Shown: positions 53,615-64,000 of the stretch, piece by piece
Position numbering within the stretch: the stretch's first letter is position 1
Layout: every line of letters starts with the position of its first letter
Source: Trichoplax adhaerens
Taxonomy: Eukaryota; Animalia; Placozoa
Assembly: GCF_000150275.1 (NCBI RefSeq)
Contig: NW_002060970.1
Location: 394,197 to 458,196 of the forward strand
Direction of reading: 5' to 3'
Length of the DNA: 64,000 bases
Notes under the pieces: model-generated
What the model was told of the DNA's origin: nothing
What the model saw: only the letters and a program-made list of their open reading frames with translations
Databases searched by the model: none
Made by a program: the position numbers and the translations under genes

Positions 53615-54160
53615 TTTATGGACTAACAGGTAATTAAATCATTATGAAATTTTTATGAAGTTCTAGTACGCTATTAACAATTGCAAAATGATCTATTAGT
53701 TTATAAATATATTTTATTGATTAACAGATAATTAAGTCATTGTAAAGTTTTCATATGAAGTTTTAGTATGCTATCTACAATTGCTAAATGACCCATCAGT
53801 CCATTTTTATGGATTAACAGATAGTTAAGTCATTGCGAAGTTTTCAGAAGAATTTCTAGCATGCCATTCACCATTGCAAAATGATCTATTACTTGATTTT
53901 TTCTAGGTTGGCCAATAACTAAGTCATTACAAAGTTTTTATACAAATTCCTAGAATCCTATCCATAATAGCAAAATGATCTATTCATCTACTTCTTTATG
54001 AATTAGCAGATAACTAAGTAGCTACGAAGTTTTCATATGAAGTTGTATTATTCCATCCACAATTGTAAAATGAGCTATTAGTCTATTTTTTAGGAATTGG
54101 CTGATAGTTACGTTATATGAAAGTCTAATATGCTATCCGCTATTGCAAAATGATCTATTC
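53615..54160. repeat. Degenerate minisatellite, ~6 units of ~92 bp, upstream of the discoidin gene
   Basis: Recurrent ATTGCAAAATGATCTATT and TAAGTCATT...AAGTTTT motifs. Confidence 0.85.
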
Positions 54161-54725
54161 CGAAAAAAAAGTTAAGGAGAGATTTATTGATAATACAGTC
54201 TTCCATGTAATCACAAGAAAGTCAATGGCTGCTATGTTTGATTGATAAACGAAATTTTTAAAATTTGTGGTATATCTTATTAAAAAGCAGTCAATGAATA
54301 AAGATATTGATGTAATTCTCTTCTATTAGAAGACATTACACGCTTACTTTATAATAAGTAGATTTACTCAACTATTATAAGTTGCTCATTTACGCCAATT
54401 GAAAGTTTATGTACGATAAATTGATTCGAATATCGTCATGACAGGGATTAAAACTTTCAATTATAAGGTTTAAATCGTTCAAGCAATGAAATTAAAGTTT
54501 CTAGAATGAAACATTTATTACTGATAGTGTTCTTAGATAGAGTAAATTTGCCGCAGACAATGATATACGACTAGTAAATGATCTTTAAATTAAGTTATAT
54601 CAATTCAAAATGTTTTCCAATGCTGCTAATGTAGTTGAATCTTCTGCTGAAATCGATAAATTAAGGCTCTGACTAACAAATGATGAACATGAGTTGCCAC
54701 ATTTGTTAATGTCATCTTATATCAC

Positions 54726-55355
54726 TGTGGCAGTGTTATATACTGTATTAGAGTAGAAATATCTATGTTAGGATAATTCTGTTAGCCTATCCTTATTCAG
54801 TGAACTTCTAATTTGGATATACTGCCATTTAATATAGCACTGACTTTTTATGATAGTGACACATATACACATACTGAAATTAATCGTTATAATAGGGAAT
54901 GCAAATTATCTACTTACAGTTCGAATCATTGTGATTGTAACTTACTTATGGTAGATTGTAAATTATCGTGGAAATGTTCCGTGACAGCACATATCGTAAT
55001 CTGACTATTCTGTATTAGTCATCAGATGCCTAAGTTAGTAAATACTGTTGTCTGTATTAAGGGAGCAGTAGCTACAATTAATATCTAATTCAGTAAATGA
55101 TTCCAAAGTTAATCATACTAACTATGACTCATGAACTATTGAGGAATAGTATATAAATGCAGTATATCGTGCAATAAAGTGGATTCTCAAACTTAGTGTT
55201 TAACGTAAAATACGAGGCGTTTAAGTCTTTGTGTAGTCTGTTAGTAGAGCAAAAGTGTTTCTGATAGTACAGATATCGTTCCTTGATACTTGGTTCAAGG
55301 AATTGACTTATTGATCGTACATTACGTTATCTTGTGGCAAAGCTGTTTTGTGACA
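54726..55355 (+). mobile_element. Solo LTR family B, copy 2
   Basis: TGTGGCAGTG...TGTGACA with perfect TSD ATCAC (54721-54725 and 55356-55360). Confidence 0.92.
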
Positions 55356-55860
55356 ATCACAAATTCTTTAATTTTAAATGTATGCTTGTTAAATCCTGTC
55401 ATTTGCTTACAGAAAAAAATTATGAACTACTTACGATTTTTATCGCTAAGTTGAGAGGTCTGATACCGCCGAATTTACACCGTAGTAAATTGCTGAGAAT
55501 TATCACCTTTAAAATATTTTAGATATACAAATCTCGTTACGAAGTCAACGTGGTAGCGTTTAATCCAAAGTCAAAAAGATCATTCAAAAGATGAATGCTT
55601 GAAAGTATATTTGTCTTCGCTGTTATAGATCCTTAGAATCCACTGGATATCCAAATTGCATGGTTTTGATTGGCGAATACTAATGCTTTGCTATTTTATA
55701 AATATGACTTAGGAATTGCAAATAATGTCAAAATTAATCTCTAAAAAAATGAGCTTTTATAAGTAGGCGTTATTATAAAAATACATATAGCAGCGAGAAA
55801 GTTTAATTAGTACTTCACATACATTTTAATGCTTGGTGTTAGTAGCAGTGTAAGGTGTCT

Positions 55861-56550
55861 ACAGTATAATTCTGTGGATGGCCTATATCTCTTAAAGGTT
55901 CTTTATATCCAACTTGATTGACAGCAACAGAATAGACTAATTTTACCAATGCCATTCTGTATGATAGCGAATTTTATTTCAATGAGTATCAGATTTTGAT
56001 GAGTGCGAATTGATCTGATTAAGAAATCGAAGAAAGTTTAATTAGTTTGATGAGTAACTCACGTACTGTGTTAACTCAATAGTAGTAGCAGATTGATCTA
56101 CTAATTTATACGTGCTCTTACTCTTACTGTATAATTTTTTGGACAGCAAATATTTGTTAAAAGAGATTCTTTAAGTCCAAATTGGTCGATTAGAATAATT
56201 TTACTAATACTATTCTGTACAATAGAAAATTTTATTTCCATGACTATTAGATTTTGATAACTGTAAATTCATCTGAACATAAAACAGTGGAGTGCTTTTA
56301 TAGTTTCATTGATAACTCATTGACAGTTTAATACTCTATAATAATAGTAGATCCGTCTAATTATGTGCGTTCTTACTCTCACTGTATAATTCTCTGGATA
56401 ACCGATATTTGTTAAGGATTCCTTACGTCCAACTTGATTGACAGCCACAGTTTAGAATAATTTTATCAAAGTCATTCTATACGATAACGAATTTTACTTC
56501 CTTTGTATAGCATATTTTGAATACTTCAAATTTATCTGATCAAAAAGTTG
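55861..56550. repeat. Degenerate tandem array, ~2.7 units of ~260 bp
   Basis: AC(A/T)GTATAATT anchors at ~55861, ~56126 and ~56381 with colinear TCCAA.TTG, AATTTTA, ATTCT and ATTTTGA blocks. Confidence 0.8.
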
Positions 56551-59500
56551 AGAAATGTAAAGTTCCTACGACATATATGATGCTTGAATAAATACATGAT
56601 AGAATCGATTAGCTTTGCTAGCCATTAATGATTAAAAAGGCGTAATATAAAAACATGCTAGAATCAGTAGTCAATGCATATATTTTGCGAGGTAAAACTG
56701 TAAAGTATAGTTTTCTTTTGTGCACTCTACAAAATTAATTTGTTCGTTGTAAATTGTATTAGTTATAAACTTAGTAAAATTAGTTCGTTCGAGACTTCAA
56801 ATATCCTTTACTAAAACACAGTACTAGTATATAAGATGAGGGTGAAATAAAAATTACTTTTAACCATATTTAGTCCTACATATAGTTGCTCTGGTATGAA
56901 TAAAGTTAATTAGTTGGAGAAAATAAACCGATTTCTTGCAATTTTTGAAGTCAAGTGATCCTTTTTTAAGTAGAAATTATTTAGTATCAGTTATAATTAT
57001 TAACTGAGCAATAAAGCATTTATAGCAAGTATAGAATATTGAAGAAGTGAGAAATTTTGAAAGCTACAAACAAGTGCTAGTCACATACTTTCGTTCTTTA
57101 TTTCTACAACATATTTCTGCCTATTCGATCAGGAATCATTATTTTCTCACTTTATTGATACAAGAAAATTTTAACTGCTTTATCCAGCTTTAACTTGCGC
57201 CTAGATAGTATGATTTTTTATTTATGCACTGATTGTAGTAGGGATAAGGCCAGAATGGCTGCACATGATTAAAATTGTCATGTGTGATCCTGAAGGGATT
57301 TTATTTCTCTTTAGTACACAAAAAAGATTATGCAAAATTTTTAATAGCCAGCAAAAAGCAAAAGACTTATATTGGGGAATAAGCGTTCATTTTAAAGGCT
57401 GACTTTATAGTACGTGCGATACAATAGCAAAGATAGAGACCTCCATGCGAAGAAATAGAACAAGATTTATTTTAAAAAAATTCTAAGAGAAACAGAAGGA
57501 TTCAGCAGTAGATTTTTAAGACTAGCATTGTGACGGGCTTGACATTTTTTGAAGATATTAATACTTATGATAGCGTTCTTAAGAACAGTGAAATTTTAGT
57601 TATTTTAAAAATTAGCGAGCAATTGACGTCAAAAGAATGCCATGAAAACGACATGGCGCATTTTAGTGATTATTCAGTTTACCATCGCCTCTTTCCATTT
57701 GATATCAATATCAATAAAGTCTGCCTATATTTATTTACTTTACCTAAAAATTTTAAAGGAAGATTGCAAAATATTTGATTTGTTGGTAGACGTCATCAAA
57801 ATTTTTGACGTAGGAGCAAAGTTAACCGATTTTACAATCTGTTCACGTTGCCTAGTCTTTAAATAAGAAAATTAATAGTCAATTCAAAGAATTGAGATAT
57901 TTCTACTGTACTATTTGATAGTAAAATGTGCCTCTTGATCAAAATCCACTTAGAAACACTTCAATTTGTATTGAATAAGAAGGAAGGGCTAATGGATATC
58001 GCTGATCTAGCTGGCGGCAGTATAAATAATCTTCTATCTACTGTATGTATCTGCTATCTTCTGCAATCGGCTCTTCTATAACTACTAGAGGCCAAAATTT
58101 AGTAATGCTGCGAGCATCATAGGTCGTTTACATTATAAACACGATTCGATTATGTAGGCAAAAATCTTGGAAATGTTCAGATGATATCCGATACATCCAT
58201 TAAGCCATTTCTAGCACCTTAGTAATGATAATCTGATTTTTAACTTTAGCTGCTAGTTATAATCTTTTAAGATATTTATATCATAAGAAAGATGAACATA
58301 TTTACTTATGTTATATCGTCCATCACATCTACAATTACTTAGATTTCAAGGAGGGTATGAAAGCGAACTAAAATTATGGGGATGGACGGGTGAAACTCAA
58401 ACAACGCTTATGTTTTATTAATTAATCTCGGTAAAATGATATTAAACACAGAATTGCTTGCTAATGAAATTTTACGACTCAATTTTAACAAAAATTCGTG
58501 AATTTAACTTGAAACGTATAAATGTTTCGTACAACATCTAGAACTGAAATAGCCGAAACAAAAATAAATAGGATGATTAAACAGTGTACTTTGTAAATCT
58601 TAAGCATATAGAAGATTAGTAAACTTTTATTTGAATTCGTTATAACAGATACTAGTAAATTATGTCCAGCTACTTAAAGTAACCTTTAATTGACTTATAC
58701 GAACATTTCAGATGTAATAAATAATTGAATAATCTTTCTCCATATAAGAAGATGAACATTCATTTAGTATCTCGTAAGAATATTTCCTTACTACATGCTG
58801 AATCATTTGTAAATGTCGTCATGATAGCTTGACTCTTTGCCTACCGGCCCTCAATTCATAATTTAAATTTTCGAGTGATTGAAAATGTAACAAAAGTAGT
58901 TCATATATTAAGTCATTTTAAGAATATTGCTTTCTGGATTTGTGCGGCATGACCGTAAGTAAGTATTCATTTTATCACTAATTGCTGTACTAAATTAGAG
59001 GAGGTATATAATTTTACAAGTTTCTCACATGTTGTCGTCATATGTGATTGCTATTGCTTTTCATCTCGGAAAGTTTAATTCATCATTTATTATCAGTAAG
59101 TATAGTAATTTAGACCGCCCTAAAGAATAAAGGAATAGGTTGTATCAAATTTATTTACGTTTCTACCATAATGATTTACTGCTTTGTTTATTACGAACAC
59201 AACGAGCGATTGAATACAGTTTTACCAGTTCAATTTTAAATCTATAAAGCACTGTTTTTTATAGAATGTAATTTATTACCATTTTTTGTCATTATGACTT
59301 TCTATAGCCAGTAGAAATCATGAAAATTAATTTGAATGATCCGATTCATAAAAGTAAATTAATCTTATCTGAAATTATTAATCTTGGAACTTTAATCCTG
59401 CGGTATTTTATTTTTTTAGGAATTCTAAAATTATCAAATATTGTAAATTTAACATTGATACATGTAAACATTCATCCGATTTACCGAAGCTAAACTTCAA

Positions 59501-59836
59501 AATTCAACCACAAATTACCATATAATGGTCACTTTGTGTTTTTAACATAATAATTAAATATTAGACTTTGACATGCTTTATAAACATTTAATTATTAATC
59601 GGCATTATAAAATTAACACGCATGAAGTTAGCTAGTAACTGCCTTCCACTGTGCCTATTAACAAACAATTCGTAATTACCTAAACTTTCACTATAAGTAG
59701 AAAATCGTAATTTAGGGTACATTCAATGTTGTAATAGTATTGATCATTGCTAATTTCACCAGTCTTGTGGAAGAGCAATAACTGTTACAAAATTTAAAGC
59801 TCTTAATGACCTTTGGCCATTTTAGCTGATAAGACT

Positions 59837-60970
59837 ATGGCGAAGAATCTTAGTGGTACTTTAAGCCGTACTTTAATGGCGTTTAATATGTCGCTGAATC
59901 AGTCGATTGTAAAAACTGTTGCGAAACAAGAATTTCGAAAACTGCAAATTACATTACCTATAATAGCTTTGCTGGCTTCACTAGGTATCCTAGTTAACGC
60001 GATGATTTGCTATGGCATTTTAAAGAAAAAAACATTGCAAACACCAACCTTCTATTTATTAATCAATCTTGGAGTCTCTCATTCTTTCATTTTATTCACT
60101 TCTGCAGCTATAACTGTAACTAATTGTTTCCTAGCGTTGCATTTAATGGGGACTCCTACTCTTGCTGCTTCGTGTAAATTTTCTTATTATGTAAATGGAA
60201 TTGCTTGCATTTCATCAATGGTAACTTTAATTGCCATAAGTATCGAACGTTATCATATGATCACTCCCGGATTATCACAGCGGACCTCCATGCTAAATAC
60301 ATCTCGTAAATTGAAAACAATAATTACTCTAACTTGGGTAGTTGGAATATTAATAGCTTTACCCATTTTAACTTTAGCGGATATTCTAGCTGAATATCCA
60401 TATATGTGCAATATTCGATACATAAGTTTTAATTTCAATATAGCCTATTTCACGTCATTGTTCATTGCAGCACTTCTAATTCCAATCATCACCGTGAATG
60501 TTATTTATATAAAAATTATGAACTTTTTGCGGCAAAATGAAACCCCAACTGACGGACAACTTCGAAATTATAAAATATTAAAGAAAAATTATTTGCACCA
60601 TCTTAAGACTGTGAAATTGTTAATTCTAGTGACAGTTACATTCATATTAACATGTACGCCATTCTTCATGGCCAATCTTATTATTGCATACAATGCACAA
60701 AATTCAGTCTATTTTTTCCTTCGATTGGGCAGGAAAACCGATTCAATATCTTTCCTCGGAAATGCATTTCTGATATTATCATGTATTCAAAGTCCACTTA
60801 TCTTTCTTTATTCTAGTCAATCTATTCGCAGTGCCCTACCATTCCAATGTTGTCGCAAATTTAGGAGATCGGTGATGGATACCAACTCAGAGAACCGATC
60901 GGATCAGCGATTGCCTAAAATACTGACAGTGTCGTCTTTTAATAATTTTGTCGTCAGTGCCGGATCTTAA
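59837..60970 (+). CDS. Single-exon rhodopsin-like (class A) orphan GPCR
   Basis: Seven hydrophobic segments; N1.50, TM3 Cys and IAISIERY, TM4 Trp, ECL2 Cys, P5.50 and Y5.58, P6.50, P7.50, helix 8 plus CC. First ATG at 59837 (the ORF track starts at a TTG); N-terminal N-glycosylation sequons. Confidence 0.92.
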   Translation: MAKNLSGTLSRTLMAFNMSLNQSIVKTVAKQEFRKLQITLPIIALLASLGILVNAMICYGILKKKTLQTPTFYLLINLGVSHSFILFTSAAITVTNCFLALHLMGTPTLAASCKFSYYVNGIACISSMVTLIAISIERYHMITPGLSQRTSMLNTSRKLKTIITLTWVVGILIALPILTLADILAEYPYMCNIRYISFNFNIAYFTSLFIAALLIPIITVNVIYIKIMNFLRQNETPTDGQLRNYKILKKNYLHHLKTVKLLILVTVTFILTCTPFFMANLIIAYNAQNSVYFFLRLGRKTDSISFLGNAFLILSCIQSPLIFLYSSQSIRSALPFQCCRKFRRSVMDTNSENRSDQRLPKILTVSSFNNFVVSAGS

Positions 60971-63900
60971 CGACGCTAGAATGACTGTATGATATGCTTT
61001 CATAGAATTTACTGCTTTCCATCGTTTAAAAATGATTCACAAAGATTTCAGCTAGTTTGTTATAGATAACAGCGGTTTTGGTTAGAAATTAGAGATTTCT
61101 ATACTTTGTTTCTAGATTACTTTAGTTTAACGATGGTTCTATTTTATCAAGCTCATGAAATCACTAAATCAGTTTAGTATTGTCTTAAAGTTAGTTGCAG
61201 GTTAACCAGTGAATTGTATATTAAAACGATATCTTTTATAACTGCAGTGGCAGTTTTGGTACAAAATCATCTTAGATTTCTGAGTATTTATTATATTACT
61301 CATTATAATGAATATGCTAAGTGAATGATTTAATTCTGTTCTATACTTTTAAACAAATCTAGCATTATGTGACATACTGTAGCCGCTGAGCTTATTGAAT
61401 TAATTGTAGATTGCTATGATTTAAAAATATTAAATTTATTTTGGAGCTGTTAAGGTAGCGTATCTCCGAAATGATAGTTGTTTCCGATGTTATACTCTAA
61501 GATTTCGAATATAAACTTCGGTGCCAGTCTTACAACTGTAAGTTATCTGTCATGTACATGCTGCATTTATTTGCGAAGGAGTTTCAAATAGCTACTGTCA
61601 ATAGCTTTAATAAAAGGGTGCTATGCAGCCCCAATATAGTCTAATAGATGGTAGAAAGTTGCAAAGTGATATGTTATAATAAAAAATTGCCATGGTATTT
61701 ACGAGATTGTACATTAGTAAAGTCAAAATTGTGTTAAGAGCGTACCTATACTAAATAGTAATTACTATAGTGTGTAATGAAGGTTAATTTTTAGAATTCT
61801 CCTTCATGCTTTTTAACTTTAGTAAAGTATTGTAACTTGAAAAGTAACTTAATTTGGTTAAACTGCAGCAGATTCTACTCGCTACTTTTTTATATATCTT
61901 AAATCCAATCACTTTACTCGAGTTGGAATTTAATAACATTCGATAACTTAATTTTTGTTAGGAACTACGGAAAGTAAGAATGTTAAATTAGCTTTATGTT
62001 TAGGTAGCACTATATTTTAAGCTGCAATCATGATCACAAACTAGCAGCTAATTTTAATTAGATGTTACAGTAGAAATGATATCACTTTCTGGTATGAAAT
62101 AATAGAAACCCGAACGTTCTAATCAGGGTTCTACTTTACGATTGATGATCTCTTATGATGTTTTATTATAGCTGTATTATATATGGTGTAGAAAATACCT
62201 TTTGTAGTTAAATTATGATTAATTAATATTAATTTAGTCATCCTACGATTTAAGGTATAATTTTTCTTATCATACATATTTATTTGCTCGTCTATTTTAG
62301 ATTACTTTAGAATGGTATGATAGCAGTCTGTTACCTTCTACTGCTCTGCTCAGTAAATAAAAGATCGCATAGTTCAGCAGTTTAGGAGTTCAAGATGGAG
62401 AAGGTGAAATTTAGGAATTTCCTAATTCGAGAGTAAATCGTATTTTACGTAGAAGTTCGATAGGTTAAAGCAGTAATTCTGTTCTTTTATAATTCTTCAA
62501 GTACAATTGATAAGATTTTTGGACATTTATTATAATAAACAGGTACTTTTCCCTAAATTTCTAGCGTTGAAATTCAAAGTTGGAAGTATTAGTTAAATTT
62601 TTCGTTCATTATGACCATAGCTTTGATTAGGAATGTCTTATTAAGATGGATAGCTAGCAGTATTCTTGGTTAAAGAAGTGTGGTAGTTCATGTAAGAAAG
62701 TGAACTTTACATATTATCCAAGTCTTATCATTGCTAGTTTTAAGACCTTTCATTATAAAGTACTTATTGCACTAAAATAAGTATTTTTAATGATACCTAT
62801 TGATAGTTCAATTTTTGCCTTAGAGTGCTGTACTAACTGATAACTTCTTCCGCGTTACCAATTAAAGAGAAGTATCATAATTTACTCTACCTTATTTGGA
62901 GTGAGTGACTACTCCAAAAAATTGACCCATGACGTTAAGGGCAAATTTCTCTAGTATTGTACCTGCGCTCTAGTCAGACTGTCGATCAAAATAAAATATG
63001 GAATACTGCGAATAATAACTCCATCTATTCGGGGTTGTCCTACTAGAAAATTTACTGTATGAATGCTTTTTATTAGGCATACAAGCCTATTCTAAATTAC
63101 TCAACTCGTTACTCTATACTACTATTACACTTTCAAAACTCATTAATGCCTTAATTACTATAATGGTAACTATTGCCACATGGTAACCTCTTCGATATCT
63201 GTTGATGTTGAACTATAAGATTTATTTTCAAAGGATACGAAATTCTAGAGCTCAAGTAGAGTTGAAATTTATTCTGTCTAGATGAATCATAATTTAACAG
63301 AATGTACCGTTTTGGCATTACTGAAGATACATTGCAACCTATCATTCTTTGGCCAGTTTTAGTCTATGCCTTTTATTTAACTTTAAGGTTGTAAAGCATT
63401 GCATAAACTGTAGTCTAATCTCTATTACATTGATTTAGTCATCAAGAAGACATTTCTTATTGCTAATTTTTGACCAATCGTCGTTTGCCACTTCATTACT
63501 TGCATATTTGCATTAAAATAAGTTACAAATTCTATTTATTTATATTGCGATATTACACGATTATAAGCCCTAGTTAATAGAAGACAAATAGAATGAATGT
63601 AATAGCTGTTTTGATCAATCCATCGAATTTATACATCGTTTCTAGATTAATAGTAAATAGGTTAATTAAAAGAACAGTATTGTATATAGTATACGCTTTG
63701 TACGTAGAGTTACACGCTGTGCACAGTAAGGATCTACTAGTTTGTAATAATATACTCGTGTAATAAGATAAAGATTTATTATGTGACCTTGCAGATGACT
63801 GTGCAATAAAACGCTGGTTAATTATTCTATTCGAGCGATAAATTGTCTAATTTTTTAAATTCCTAAATTCTAAAGCATTTAATATTCTTGAGAGCTAGTT

Positions 63901-64000
63901 TAAGGAGGGAATGCATATACGCATTGTTCAATAACTTTGATTGTGATAATTCTAGCGAAACCAGAAAAAACAAAACATACTTTATCTTGGCATCAATCTG

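Noticed and set aside
53615-54160. CRISPR-like array interpretation of the tandem repeats
   Set aside because: Eukaryotic context, whole units are homologous with no unique spacers, and no cas genes are present.
41781-55355. A full-length retrotransposon bounded by the two same-orientation family B LTRs
   Set aside because: Each copy has its own distinct TSD (CCGGT, ATCAC), no PBS/PPT was seen, and a host gene lies between them.
62300-63400. Protein-like fragments near the window end
   Set aside because: Short, stop-ridden, with no recognisable family or consistent splice structure.

Overview
AT-rich, intron-containing animal DNA. The compact GT-AG introns, gene content and a single-exon divergent GPCR suggest a placozoan (Trichoplax-like) genome; this assignment is inference only. 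Six spliced or intact genes can be reconstructed by hand: a 9-exon ammonium transporter (Amt, minus), a ~34-exon EF-hand/WD40 WDR49(CFAP337)-like gene (minus), a 3-exon secreted M14B metallocarboxypeptidase (plus), a 2-exon orphan with an N-terminal hydrophobic segment (minus), a 5-exon secreted tandem F5/8 type C (discoidin) protein (minus) and a single-exon class A GPCR (plus). The non-coding DNA holds a dense set of about 12 solo-LTR-like elements from at least 5 families (TGT...ACA ends, 5-bp TSDs, and in several families TATA and AATAAA). No gag-pol is visible anywhere, and two elements are nested LTR-in-LTR insertions. Other signals are degenerate intronic tandem arrays of 140-175 bp period (two built by duplicating an exon/donor junction), a short interstitial TTAGGG tract and probable decayed gene relics. 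Most short ORFs in the supplied track are spurious or are exon fragments.
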